A stretch of 28,297 bases of DNA, taken from assembly GCA_004022145.1 (NCBI GenBank), contig RCNU01000015.1; one strand, given 5' to 3'. The stretch comes from Paecilomyces variotii. Lineage: Eukaryota. Both the position numbers and the translations under genes were made by a program. This document shows, piece by piece, positions 11,123-22,800 of the stretch (positions are counted from its first letter, which is position 1; each line of letters starts with the position of its first letter). The notes under the pieces were generated by a model. It made no database searches, was not told the origin of the DNA, and worked only from the letters and a program-made list of their open reading frames with translations.

Positions 11123-12574
11123 TCAAGCAGTTTTCTGAGTATTGCTAGAGCCGACGACAGCGTTCCAGTTGACCTTACCGTCGGCGCAGTCATCTGTGAT
11201 AGCGGGTCCGGTGGCAGATTTGACCGGCTTGCCGTTGCGGATAATAGCCAATTTCACAGCGCCAGTCTGGTTGTTCATCGGGATGGAAAAGTGGTTGAGT
11301 CCAACAGTGTTGGCACGGAATGTGCTCACGCTACCGTTGCCGATTTGAGCAGTGACGACACTGGGCTTCTGGACTAGGACTGTAAAGAAAACCTTGTCTT
11401 GGGAGACAATGCCAGGGGGCAATGTCGGCTGGCCTTGGGCAGGGTTGTTACCGGTCGTGCCTCCAGTGCTGCCGGCGGTGCTAGGATTCGGTCGATACCA
11501 GTAAGTTATCTCGTCTTCTGCAGTGTGGTTGCTCCGGTAGAAAGTGGAGTTCCCGTGCGGAGTATGGACTGTGGTATTTCCAGTCTTGTAGGCATCGATG
11601 TAGTATGGAAGCAGCGTTCTCCAGCCGTCATGGGGGTTCTTTGAGACGTAGTCAGACGCACCCTCTGGAATTCCAGATTCGTGGATAGGGCCAATATAGT
11701 GGGATTCTCCGTAATCATTCCAGGTAATAATCTAGATTGAAATTAGCAATCAACAACCGAGAAGGTGCTCAGAACAAAGAGACCCACCTCAACGATGGCC
11801 GGTCGAAGCTCGATGGCCTGAGCCCAGCGATCATGCCACAGGGAATCACCTCGCCACAGCCAGTTCTTGTTCCACTGGGGTAGGTTGGTGTAGAACCATG
11901 GGGAAACAGGCATCATGTATGGTTTTCCAGTGATGGCGCTCATGAACGCTCTGTCAGGGGCATCCGTCATGTCTTGGGTACCCTCTGGCCAAGCGTCCCA
12001 GCTGGCAAAGCCGTCGATCACGCCGAGAACAGAGGCAAGGCCGGTGACTCCTAAACTGGTCCAGGTCGGCATGACGAAACTGTCTGTAGCGGCTTTGATA
12101 CCAGGCCAGTCACCAACATTGCCGGTACCTTCGAACGTGGTGACCAGGGGCCTTCCTTTGTAGTAAAACTGAGCGGGCTTGTCCTTGTAGGTGTTGATTT
12201 TTGTGATCACATCACTGGCGGCCCAGGGACCACCAGATTCGTAATCAAAAGAGAGAAACATCGAGAAATTGCCAACAGCCTCAGCAGCGTCATATGCTTT
12301 CTGAAGGACGGAATCAGTGTACGAATCTTGCGGAGCAATATTCATCACAAATCCGTCGATGTGAGCGTCCTTGGCCGCGGTGATGTCTGACACCCAGTCA
12401 TCTGATGACATGCCTGCGGCATTTCCCACCTACCGCAAGTTAGTAACACAGATTCACAAGATCTAGATATCCAGGAAGACTTACGATGAAATGTGCGAAC
12501 ACATATTTTGGTTCGGAAGACGCTATCACGGAGGTGACTGCAGCAGCCAAAGAAAGTAAATATTTGAGATACAT
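11123..12574 (-). CDS. Secreted glycoside hydrolase family 71 alpha-1,3-glucanase (mutanase), ~446 aa; exons 12574-12485, 12429-11788, 11731-11123
   Basis: Signal peptide MYLKYLLSLAAAVTSVIAS, followed by the GH71 motifs VFAHFI|VGN, AHIDGF, SFDY, PLVTTFEG, WDAWP, PYMMPVSPWFYTNLP..KNW.WRGD.LW..RW, IVE|IITWNDYGESHYIGP, PHDGWR and NWNAVVG. Two phase-0 GT..AG introns. Confidence 0.95.
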
Positions 12575-14573
12575 ATTGTCTGCCTCGATGTGATCGCAGT
12601 ACGACGAACAGAAGGCACGGAAAATGCCTTTATGCGCGCGAATTGAGCAAGATAAATCAATGAAGGTACTGTTTTGGTGGGGCAATGTTGCGGGGGAAGT
12701 ATAAAGGACAGGAAGTTTTGGCGGATCTAGGCCTCAGAGTGAACAATGTGACTGTGGATTCTGTCTTGCAGAAGGAATGTGTACGCCGTCGACTCAATCG
12801 ACGCCGCGAGTAAATGGTGTATCGGCTCTTAGGGTAAATTTTGTAGCTACAGAGCTCCGCTCCGTCCCTGAACTCGTTGGCCAAAAAGAGCGTCTTGCCG
12901 GAAGAACTGGACGACAAAATCAAGTCACAGTGTGACGAAAAGAAAGGACGGTCGAGCTTGCTCGACCTGAGAAGTGTATAGTCCGAAGACAAGTAAAAAA
13001 ACAGAGGCCTTCGCTAACGAGGGGAGGGAAAAAGAAGAGGGGAACTCGAGGCAGTTAATAAAGGACCACCCACCAGCCGATTAAACGACTTCATGGCCGT
13101 GGCTGGGATGAAACTAAGATAGCCAAAGGGGGCCAAATGAGCAGATGCCATGAACGTGCGGCAAAAGAAGAGTGTTTTAGCCGCAGGATGATCACTTGGT
13201 AGGGCAAGATCATAGCGCCGTTCGGGTTCTTCCAGGATAAGAAATAAAGGGACCAGGAACCAAACAACAATCGGATCAATCATAGCGACGAGAGGCATCT
13301 AAGGAAACATAGTGGGCCAGGAACGGAGATGCATGAAACAAACCTTGGTCGGATTGCTGCTGTTTCCCCTTGCTATGGGCGCGACGGTGTAGACGGTTGA
13401 ACAGCTTCATGGTGGCACCTAATCACCGAGTGATACGGCTTCCAACGGTGGATGTGTGGAATCGGAGATCCGAGTGGATCAGACGCCCTGATCAGACCAG
13501 GATATGACTGTCAACCGTAGTCGACAATATAATTATAATGTTAGGGTCCCTACTGAGTATTCTGTCCGGGAGAACGAGAGCGATCGGTAAAGGAACGAAG
13601 TTGACGTGGGGTAGGTAATCATGAATGGTCTGATCAGCGATGTGGGCGCAAGGGAATTTGATCGACCAGCATCTGAAACAAGACGTCTGCTTATCTATCG
13701 CTTCAATCCGCCAGTCTGTAACTTAGCGTTAGTAGTGTCGTAGTTTATCCCACATTTGGGAATTGGGACGAACGATGCTTGATCTCTCGAATGACCTGCA
13801 GATTATCGCTGTGCCGCCAGGTTCTGTCCTCGAGTCGGTATTTCTCTATCCTGAGGATAGAATATAGGTAGATAGTCCCAGCAGTGATTCTAACGCAGCA
13901 GACAGAGGAAATATGAGCCGTCGAGGGATATCGGAATCTCGGTGAGTGCTCTCATCTCATCTCGTCTCTCTCTCATCGGCGATGTTCCCAGGTATCCGGA
14001 TGTGCACGAACCGCCCAATGATCTCGCGTCACGAAGCGCCCATCGTCAACAACTGAAACACGCCAATCGAGAGGTTATGCAGCCACATTGCATCCCCCTC
14101 AACCCAGAGATCCAGCTGTTCCTTTTTGTCTCTAGACGGCTTCGTCGACGACGATCATTAACTTCGACCAGTATCGCTTCTTAACGGGTTAAGTCGAGGC
14201 TAGTTAAAGCGCACAGTTGCTACTCAATATCCACGAGCCTAATGGAATCGCGTCGGTTTTCCGATTGACTCTCACCATCTGCGCTTGTATCTTGCCGGTG
14301 CCGAAAAAGTAGCCTCATAGAGGGACCGGGATCCAGTCCTCTGAGCGCTTATTGATTGCGTCCGGTGATTCTATCTCTACCAGGCCTGCTAGCTGCATAT
14401 CAGAGTCGGTGTTTTAATACTTGCGTAGCGTGATTCTTGGTGAGATGAACAGCAGGGGAAGAGGTGTGTATGACAACCAGTCAAGCTCTCACACAGCCAG
14501 ATAGAAGACGCCATGGCAGCACTGATGTATCTGATATCCAATCACTCAAGTAATACAACAGCATCCGACTTTG

Positions 14574-14590
14574 AAAAAAAAAAAAAAAAA
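14574..14590 (+). repeat. Poly(A) homopolymer (~17 nt)
   Basis: Run of A visible directly in intergenic DNA. Confidence 0.9.
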
Positions 14591-15640
14591 GCAACGGTAG
14601 ATATGCAAAACGCCCCTGGCTGGCCAGTTCTGTGCTTATCCGCCTCAAACAATGCGACCTTAGGACCAGTTGGTTCCCATCTAGCGGCTGGACAGTCAGG
14701 AAACTAGACCACAGGGATTTAGTAGATTCTACCGGTCAAGCTGAGCACCAGTATTTGCCAACTCGGAGGGAAGCAACTGTAAGCATTGGCATGATCTTTG
14801 AGCGGACGAAGCTGTGTGCTTGGACAGCTAATATAGGACAGCAAGGCACTGCCGCACGCGAAATTCCTATATACTTCGACGTCGCAGAAGCATAGTAAGT
14901 GGCTGATAAAGAATGCGGAGAGAATGCTGTTTTCTAGGCGTCCTATCTGTACTTGCAGGTACGATGTCGCTCCATTATGGCGGTAAGAAGCAGCGTCACA
15001 TCGTGGACGAGTTTTGGACCATTTTCTGATGATATGTCTCTGAGCTGCAAAAAGCTAAGTTTATTGGATAAATTAAGGGCATGGTATAACCTCGATTGAG
15101 TGGGAATCATGGAGGCTCATCGGCACCCGTTGACATTTCGACATATCTAGTGCATAGATGGAGGTTCACCTTACTTATCGCCAATGATAGCTAGGTAGGT
15201 AACTAGCCATTTCATCCATGCCAAATAAACCAAAAGTCACCTTGCGTTCCAGCTGCTATAACCACAGGATTGTGCCGCGAGATCTTCAATGACATGGTTT
15301 GTGTCTATGTAATTAGCATCCCTGCTTCGTCATTATTCTCCGCAGAAACTCTGCGGCTCATCATGTTGCAGCATCGCACTAGTTCAGTCACAGACCCCAG
15401 CACTTCATGGAGCTGTAATGTCGCTGTCTGCTATGTCTACAATCAATCTGGTTACACAAGCTGACTTGACATAGTTATGTCACCTCAATTCAGCCTTGTG
15501 AATGGCTTGTTCTACATCTTCCTGACTCGATAAGCTAGGAACGTTGGCTGCGGGCGCGACAAACTGCTTCATAAAGCCACTATGAACCTTCCGATTAGAC
15601 AGGTCCGGACGTTGATCGTCAAGAACCTCGGTTATATGGG

Positions 15641-15706
15641 TCGCGAGGTCGCGAGGTGGCGTCTCGCGAGGTCGCGAGGTTTTTGTTACCAGTAGGTTAC
15701 TGGTAA
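15641..15706. repeat. Compartment-boundary motif: two 17-bp direct repeats TCGCGAGGTCGCGAGGT (15641-15657, 15664-15680) followed by a 9-bp-stem hairpin TTACCAGTA-ggt-TACTGGTAA (15686-15706)
   Basis: Read directly from the sequence, exactly at the GC-to-AT transition. Confidence 0.85.
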
Positions 15707-15822
15707 ATTATTATTTTATATTAAAATTATACTAATATATACTAATAGAGAATAAAATCTAAAATTTTTAAATCTCGCGGGGTAGTAAGATTGTAATTTT
15801 TATATTTTATACTAAATATTAC

Positions 15823-17009
15823 TATCACAGTGCCAGCATAGGGGATTATGTAAGGAGTTATATAATCTCGCGAAAATATTTTCAGTATATAGCTTAATCT
15901 GAATTCAAGCTCCTTAAGCTATATCTTATTTATTAAGCCTGCCTATAATAGCTTATTTTAGTCTGAATTAGCTAGATAGAGATCTTATAGCTAGTTCTAA
16001 TATTAATTATCTTATTCTATTTATTCTAACCTGCTTCTAGAGCCTATATCTTAATATTATATAGTTTCTATCTAAGAGTTAATATTATTAATAATACCTG
16101 CCCTAATTCTCTTATTCCTGCTAATTGCCCTAAATAAATTTATTAAATATATTACTGCTAGCTATAGGCTAGAATAATATAAATATTATTATCTAGCATA
16201 TAAATATATTAATAAAGCTAAAACTGCTGTAAATAAAATAAATTATTAGGCTAAAATATATTTTTAAAAGTTTTAGCAAGAATTTACTGCTATTTAATAG
16301 AGACTTAAATAAAAAATTATTAAACTTAAGGCTATTTAGTAATATTAAAAGATTTAGTTTTAAGAAAAAGAATAATAGTATATTTAAGCTATTCTTAAGA
16401 GGGATTAGGCCTATTATATAATTATATCTATTATAAATATATCTCTATTTATATTTAAATTTAAGCTTAATATTAAGAGGCCTATAGCTATTTTAATAGA
16501 AATATTTAAAATACTTATTATTATATTTTCCTTTACCCTTAGACTTTTAAAGAGATTCTTTAATTTAAATAAGTTTAAAGGCAATTAAAAGGATCTTTAA
16601 TACTTTATAGCCTAGATCTAAGGGAAGATAATAATTAATTAAAACAGATTCCTAACCTCCTAGAGCTATATAGCTTATATAATTAATTATTTAAAGGGTG
16701 CGCTTTATGCCTAAATATTGCTATATATTAGAGATAGAACCTATATTTTTAATAATTATTAAAAGATTTTAAATATTTTAGAGTATATATTTAATAACTT
16801 TAATTATATAAATAATATATATAATAAATTATTTAACCTTTATTAGATTAATAAAAAATTTAGAATTTTTTTTTATTAAATTTTAGCGCCTAGCACTAAA
16901 AAGAGAAATATTTAAAAGAATATTATTTATTTTACTAAAGCAAATTATTAGCTAAAAATTTTAAAAAATATTATTATATAGTTAGCCCTTAAATTATAAA
17001 TATTATTAA
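15823..17009 (+). mobile_element. Ty3/Gypsy LTR retrotransposon copy 1, truncated: 5' LTR (15823-16056, ~234 bp) plus first ~950 bp of the internal/gag region
   Basis: LTR starts tatcacagtgccagc (RIP of TGTCACAG) and ends cttaata. Region 16057-17009 is colinear with 20083-~21042 of copy 2. Homology stops at ...aaatattattaa|gggcatatac. Confidence 0.88.
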
Positions 17010-19827
17010 GGGCATATACCTCGGCTTAGCTAGGGCTAAGCTCAGCTTACCCTAGGAGCTTAGCCTACCCTAGAGCTTATTCTTAGTTAGGTTAAGCTTA
17101 ACCTATCTTATATACAGATTAAGTATAAGCTTAGCATAAACTAATTATATAATTAATATAAGATTAACTTATTTAAAGATTAATAATAATATTTATATAA
17201 TAAAACTCTTTAGAATTTATAATATATATATATATAATAGCTAATATAAAGCTAAGTACTATTACTTTTTCTCTAAATACTTAAAAATAGCTAAGAATTA
17301 AGTAATTATAATTAATAGCTAAATTAATAGTATTTTTAATTAATAGCTATATAATATTCTTGTCTAAATATATTAATATAATTCTTATAGAGACTTAGCA
17401 GATATTAAGTATATATTTAATATTTATTATATTTAGACTAAATGCTAATTTATTATAGAGCAAACTTATATAAAACTATAACTTTTATAAAATATACTTA
17501 AACTAGTTTAAGAATATAATAAGTAATTAAAGCAATATCTATTCTTATATAAAAAGTGAAAATAAAAAATTTAAGATATATCTTAAATTTTCTCTTTATA
17601 TAGAACTTAATTAGGTATATTTTTTTTATATAAGTTTTAGCAGAGTATATGCTAAGTATATCTAGAAGGTTATTTTTTTTATAGGTATTATTATTAGCTG
17701 TAATAATATCTTTAAGATTATAATTAATAATATTTAGGATAAATTATCTATTTCTAAATATTTAATAACTTATTTTAGTAGTATTTTATATTTTATTTAT
17801 TAAAAAAATTTTTTGCCTTATAACTATTCTAGTATAAATATTTATTAAATATTTTAATAACTTTTATTAAAGGTATATCTATATCTTATCTTAAGCAGAT
17901 ATTTAATATATTATAAGTATATATTAAGTATAACTTAGATTTAGTTTAGGCTCTATACTTAAGGTAATTATAAGATTTTATTTCTTCTACTTCTTTAAAA
18001 GGATAAAAAGGATAAAATTTAAAGTAAGATATATTATTAGGCATATAAATATAGCGGCATTAAATATTATAAGTATATATTAAAGTATATACTTAAATAA
18101 TATTATAAATATAGCTATATTAAACTAAATATCTTTAAAATACTTTATAAAGAAATAGGCTATATATCTAATACTACTTCTGCTAATAAATTTCTTAAAA
18201 AAGAAATTAAAAATTAATATAATAGATTTTTTTATTTTTAGAATTAATAATTAGCAAAATATTATTTTTATCTAAAAAGTAAAATATAAGTATACTTAAA
18301 TTAAACTCCGGTAATCTTTAAATAGTATAAAGTAAGTTTAACTCTATATTTAATTTTAGCATATACTAAATATATCTTTAGCTACTAGTTATCTTTATTA
18401 ATTGCCTATTAGCAAATAATTTTAAATTATAGTATATTATATAAGCTATCTCTATATATATAGCTTAAATTTATATACTTTATCTATATACTTTAATAGC
18501 TTATAGGATATATAATACTAATATTCCTATTTAATTTATTTATACTTATATTAATTATACTACTTTAAGGCATATAACTTATAGTAGGTATTTGCTTTAT
18601 ATATATTAGGTATATATTAACTATAAGTCTAGGATTTAACTACTCTTAAGGTATATTTAAAGTCCTATATAAAGAATATAATGCTTTAATTAATATTTTT
18701 ATTCTTTATAATTAGGATTATTTTCCTTTTATCTTTTTTATTTATTAAAAAGATTATATATATTTTCTTCTATTACTAACTAAGTTAAGTTAAGATTTTA
18801 TTTAAGAACTTATAGATTTAATTAATTAAAGAGATATTCTTACTATAACTATATATATATTATATATACTTTAAGCCTGCATTCTATATATGCTGACTAG
18901 ATATTTATAGATAAATTCTTAATATCTCCTAAAGTATATATATTTAAATAAAAATATTAAGGTTAAGCTCTAAATTTAATTAGAGCTTCTTTAAATATTA
19001 AGGATAAAATTACTTATTTAATTTAAAAATAAAAACTTCTATAATACTTATTTAGTTTAAATATTACTAGTTAGAATCTATTCTTACTATATATTTTATA
19101 TATACTAATACTATATAAAGGTTATATAAGAGTATAAATTTAACTAATATAAAAAAAGTAATAAATAATAGATTTACGCAGTTAATATTAGTAAAACTAA
19201 AGAATATATTATTATTTATTATATAAATACTTAAGTAAAAGTATTTATAAAAGCTAAATATCTTAAAATAAATTTAGCTTATAAGATAATACTTAGAAAT
19301 ATAAATATCTTTTTAATTTTAAGCTAGAATTCCGAAGCTAAATATATATTTAACTTCTTCTTATTATATATTTAGTATATACTAACTTTATATTAGGGAT
19401 TAATATCTATTACTATGCTTTTATCTCTCTATAAACTTATTATATATATTTTTAAATATTTAAATTATTATTTTAAATATTATTATAAGCTATATATTAA
19501 TATATTTAATAAGCATATATTTTAAATAGAGAAGAGATATAGACTATTATTATAGATATATATAAGAAATAAATACCTAGTTAGTATTATCTTAATAGAT
19601 ATAGAGTATATGCTAAGTATATTTAGGCTTTAGTAACTACTTATATTCTATTTATCCTTCCCTTAATTAGTAAAAATATCTTAAGCATATATTTATCTTC
19701 TGCTAAATATATATTAAATATAATTTCTATAAGAAGTTTAAAAGATCTTATTCTCTTATCTATTAACTAAAACATTTATAGGATTTATATTCTTACTAAG
19801 AAATCTTTTAAACTATATATTAATAGG

Positions 19828-22800
19828 TATTATAGTGCCAGCACAGGAGATAGAGATTTACTAGCTAATGCTTATATAAGGTATTATATAATTTTGCGAA
19901 GATATCTTTAGCATATAGCTTAATCTAAATTTAAGCTCTTTAAGCTATATCTTATTTACTAAGCCTGCTTATAATAGCTTATTTTAGTTTAAATTAGCTA
20001 AATAAAGATCCTATAGCTAGTCTTAATATTAACTTCTTTATTTTATTTATTTTAACCTGCTTCCTGAGCCTATATCTTAATATTATATAGCTTTTATCTA
20101 GGAGTTAATACTATTAATAATGCCTATCTTAATTCCCCTATTCTTGCTAATAACTTTAGAAGAGTTTATTAAGCATATTACTATTAGCTATAGGCTAAAA
20201 TAGTATAATTATTATTGTTTAGTATATAAATATATTGCTAGAGTTAAATTATTTATAAATAAAACTAGCTAATATATTAAATAAATTAAAGCAAGATTTT
20301 AAGAACTTTAGCAGGAGTTTACAGCTATATAATAGAGATTTAAATAAAAAAATATTAATCTTAAGACTATCTAGTAGTATTAGAAAATATAGCTTAATAA
20401 AAAGAAATAGCAATATATTTAGGCTATTATTAAGAGGGATTAAACTTATTATATAGCTACTCTTATTATAAATATATTTATATTTATATTTAAATCTAAA
20501 TCTAATATTAAAAGGCCTATAGCTGCTTTAATAAGAATATTTAAAATATCTATTACTATATCTTCTTTTGCCCCCAGACTTTTAAAGAAACTTCTTAATC
20601 TTAATAAGTTTAAAAGTAACTAAAAGAACCTTTAGTGCTTTATAGCTTAGATTTAAGAGAAGATAATAATTAACTAAGACTAATTCTTAACCCCCTAGAG
20701 CTATATAGCTTATATAATTAATTACTTAAAGAATATGCCTTATATTTAAATATTACTATATATTAAAGATAAAACCTATATTCTTAATAATTATTAAAAG
20801 ATTCTAAATATTTTAAAGTATATATTTAATAATCCTAATTATATAAATAATATATATAATAAATTATTTAACCTCTATTAGACTAATAAAGAATTTAAAA
20901 TCTTTTTTATTAAGTTCTAGTGCCTAGTATTAGAAAGAGAAATATTTAAAAAAATATTATTTATCCTGCTAGAGTAAGTTATTAACTAAAAATTTTAAAA
21001 AATATTATTATATAGCTAGCCCCCAAGTTATAAATATTATTAATTTGCCAAATTCTTATAAGACTTTAAAAACTATTATTATTAATATATTATAAACTAG
21101 CTCTTTATTATAAAAACTTATACTGCTATTTTAAAATCTATTTAATATATTTAGTCTTCTTTACTTATTCTAAGTCTTACCCTAGCTATAAGATATAATA
21201 ACTAGCCTTAGAAAAGCCTTATATAAAAAAGTAAATTAGCCCTAATATAGCTATATAATTTAATAGACTTAAATATTTTTAAATGCTTAAGCGGGAGAGA
21301 ATATAGCTTATTATATTATAAAATTAGCGCCTACTTTTAATATAGCTCTTTAAAATATTATATTAAAGATTATCTATATCTAGATAATTATTAGAAGATT
21401 TAAACTATAGCTATATATAAACCCTACTTTTAAACTCTCTAAATAATTTAGTTCCTAGATTTATATAATCTATCTCTTAGCTAATCTTTAATAAAAAGAG
21501 TAAGTCTAAAGTAAATTATAGCTAAGCTTAAGAATTATATATTATTTAAATCTCCGCTGCTATTATTTATAGAATTAACCTTAAGAAATACTTATAATAA
21601 TTAAAATTAATAATATTGTCTATAATATTAGAGAAGAAGAAGAAGAAAATCTATTTATTAACTTATATCTTACTTAATATTAGAGCTAAAAAAATAAAGA
21701 TTTATAGATTAAGGATAGGCTAAAAATTAGAAATTAAAGCTTATCCCCTTAAAAAGCCTAATTATCTTATATATATTTAATAGAAGAAAACTAGAAGATA
21801 AGAAGATTATATATTATATCTAGATAAATATAAGAATTAAAGATTATTTTAAGAAAGATATTAAGTTTTATATTATTTAACTAGCGTATTATTCTATTAT
21901 TTTAAGATTTCTCTAATTAAAGCACTATAACTTATACTTATAATTTACTATTTATAATATTATTTTTAATAATAATTATTATTAAAAGAATTATAATATA
22001 TTCTTAAAGCTAATTAAAATATCTGCCTTATATAATATTTTTCTAAAGGCTTTATTTTAATATTTATCTCTAAGACTTAGAGGATTAGAAGAAAGAAATA
22101 TAGCCTTTATTTCTTTAACTGCTTATTCTGCCTATATTTAAAAAAATACTTAAATATTTATAATTATCTTAAAGGACCTAGATATTACTCTAAGGATTAA
22201 ATAAATTTAAAAAAAAGACTCTGCCTGTTTATTACTTAAAAAGTTTAAAGATTATATTAATATCTTTTCTCCTAAAGAGGCTAAATATTTATTATTATAT
22301 TATTTTTATAACTATAATATTAAGTTATTAGAGGAGAAGTTATTTCCCTTTAAATCTCTATATATTATATCTTAAAATAAATTAAAGGTTTTAAAGAAAT
22401 AGATTAAAAAAAATCTAAGAAAAAGATTTATCTGCTTAAGCTTATTATCTGTTATATTCTTAATTCTGTTTATTAAAAAGCCTAATAGAGGAATATAGAT
22501 CTATATAGATTATTAAGCCCTAAATATAATAATTATTAAAGACTAATATCTCTTACCTTTAATTAAAGAGACTTTAAATAACTTAAAAGAAATAAAGTAC
22601 TTTATAAAGATTAATATTATTTCTATATTTAATAATCTTTATATTAAGAAAAAATAAGAATACCTAATTGCCTTCTATATTTAACTTAGCCTATTTAAAT
22701 TATTAATAATATTATTTAATTTAATAAAAATACTAGCAATATTTTAATAGTTTATTAATAATACTCTATAAGATTATTTTAATATCTTTTATACTATATA

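Noticed and set aside
1080-12163. Antisense and alternate-frame ORFs overlapping real genes (e.g. 1848-2510 +, 5433-5861 -, 8314-8745 +, 9259-9672 +, 11012-11377 +)
   Set aside because: Shadow ORFs caused by codon bias of NOB1, the GPCR, M18 and GH71 genes; no recognisable motifs.
12657-15464. Short ORFs upstream of the GH71 gene
   Set aside because: All under 115 aa, several with non-ATG starts, no family motifs and no coherent exon structure.
17004-17190. Copia-type LTR (tattaag...taataata could be RIP of TGTTGAG...CAACA)
   Set aside because: No second LTR, PBS/PPT or Copia pol motifs. The interior is an intron-containing DDE gene, and an inverted terminal match exists at 28197-28208.
17237-19827. 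Starship captain (DUF3435 tyrosine recombinase)
   Set aside because: Intron richness fits, but no RPG / Y..RRG / H...F...Y motifs could be reconstructed. D..D..CxxH..E motifs were found instead.
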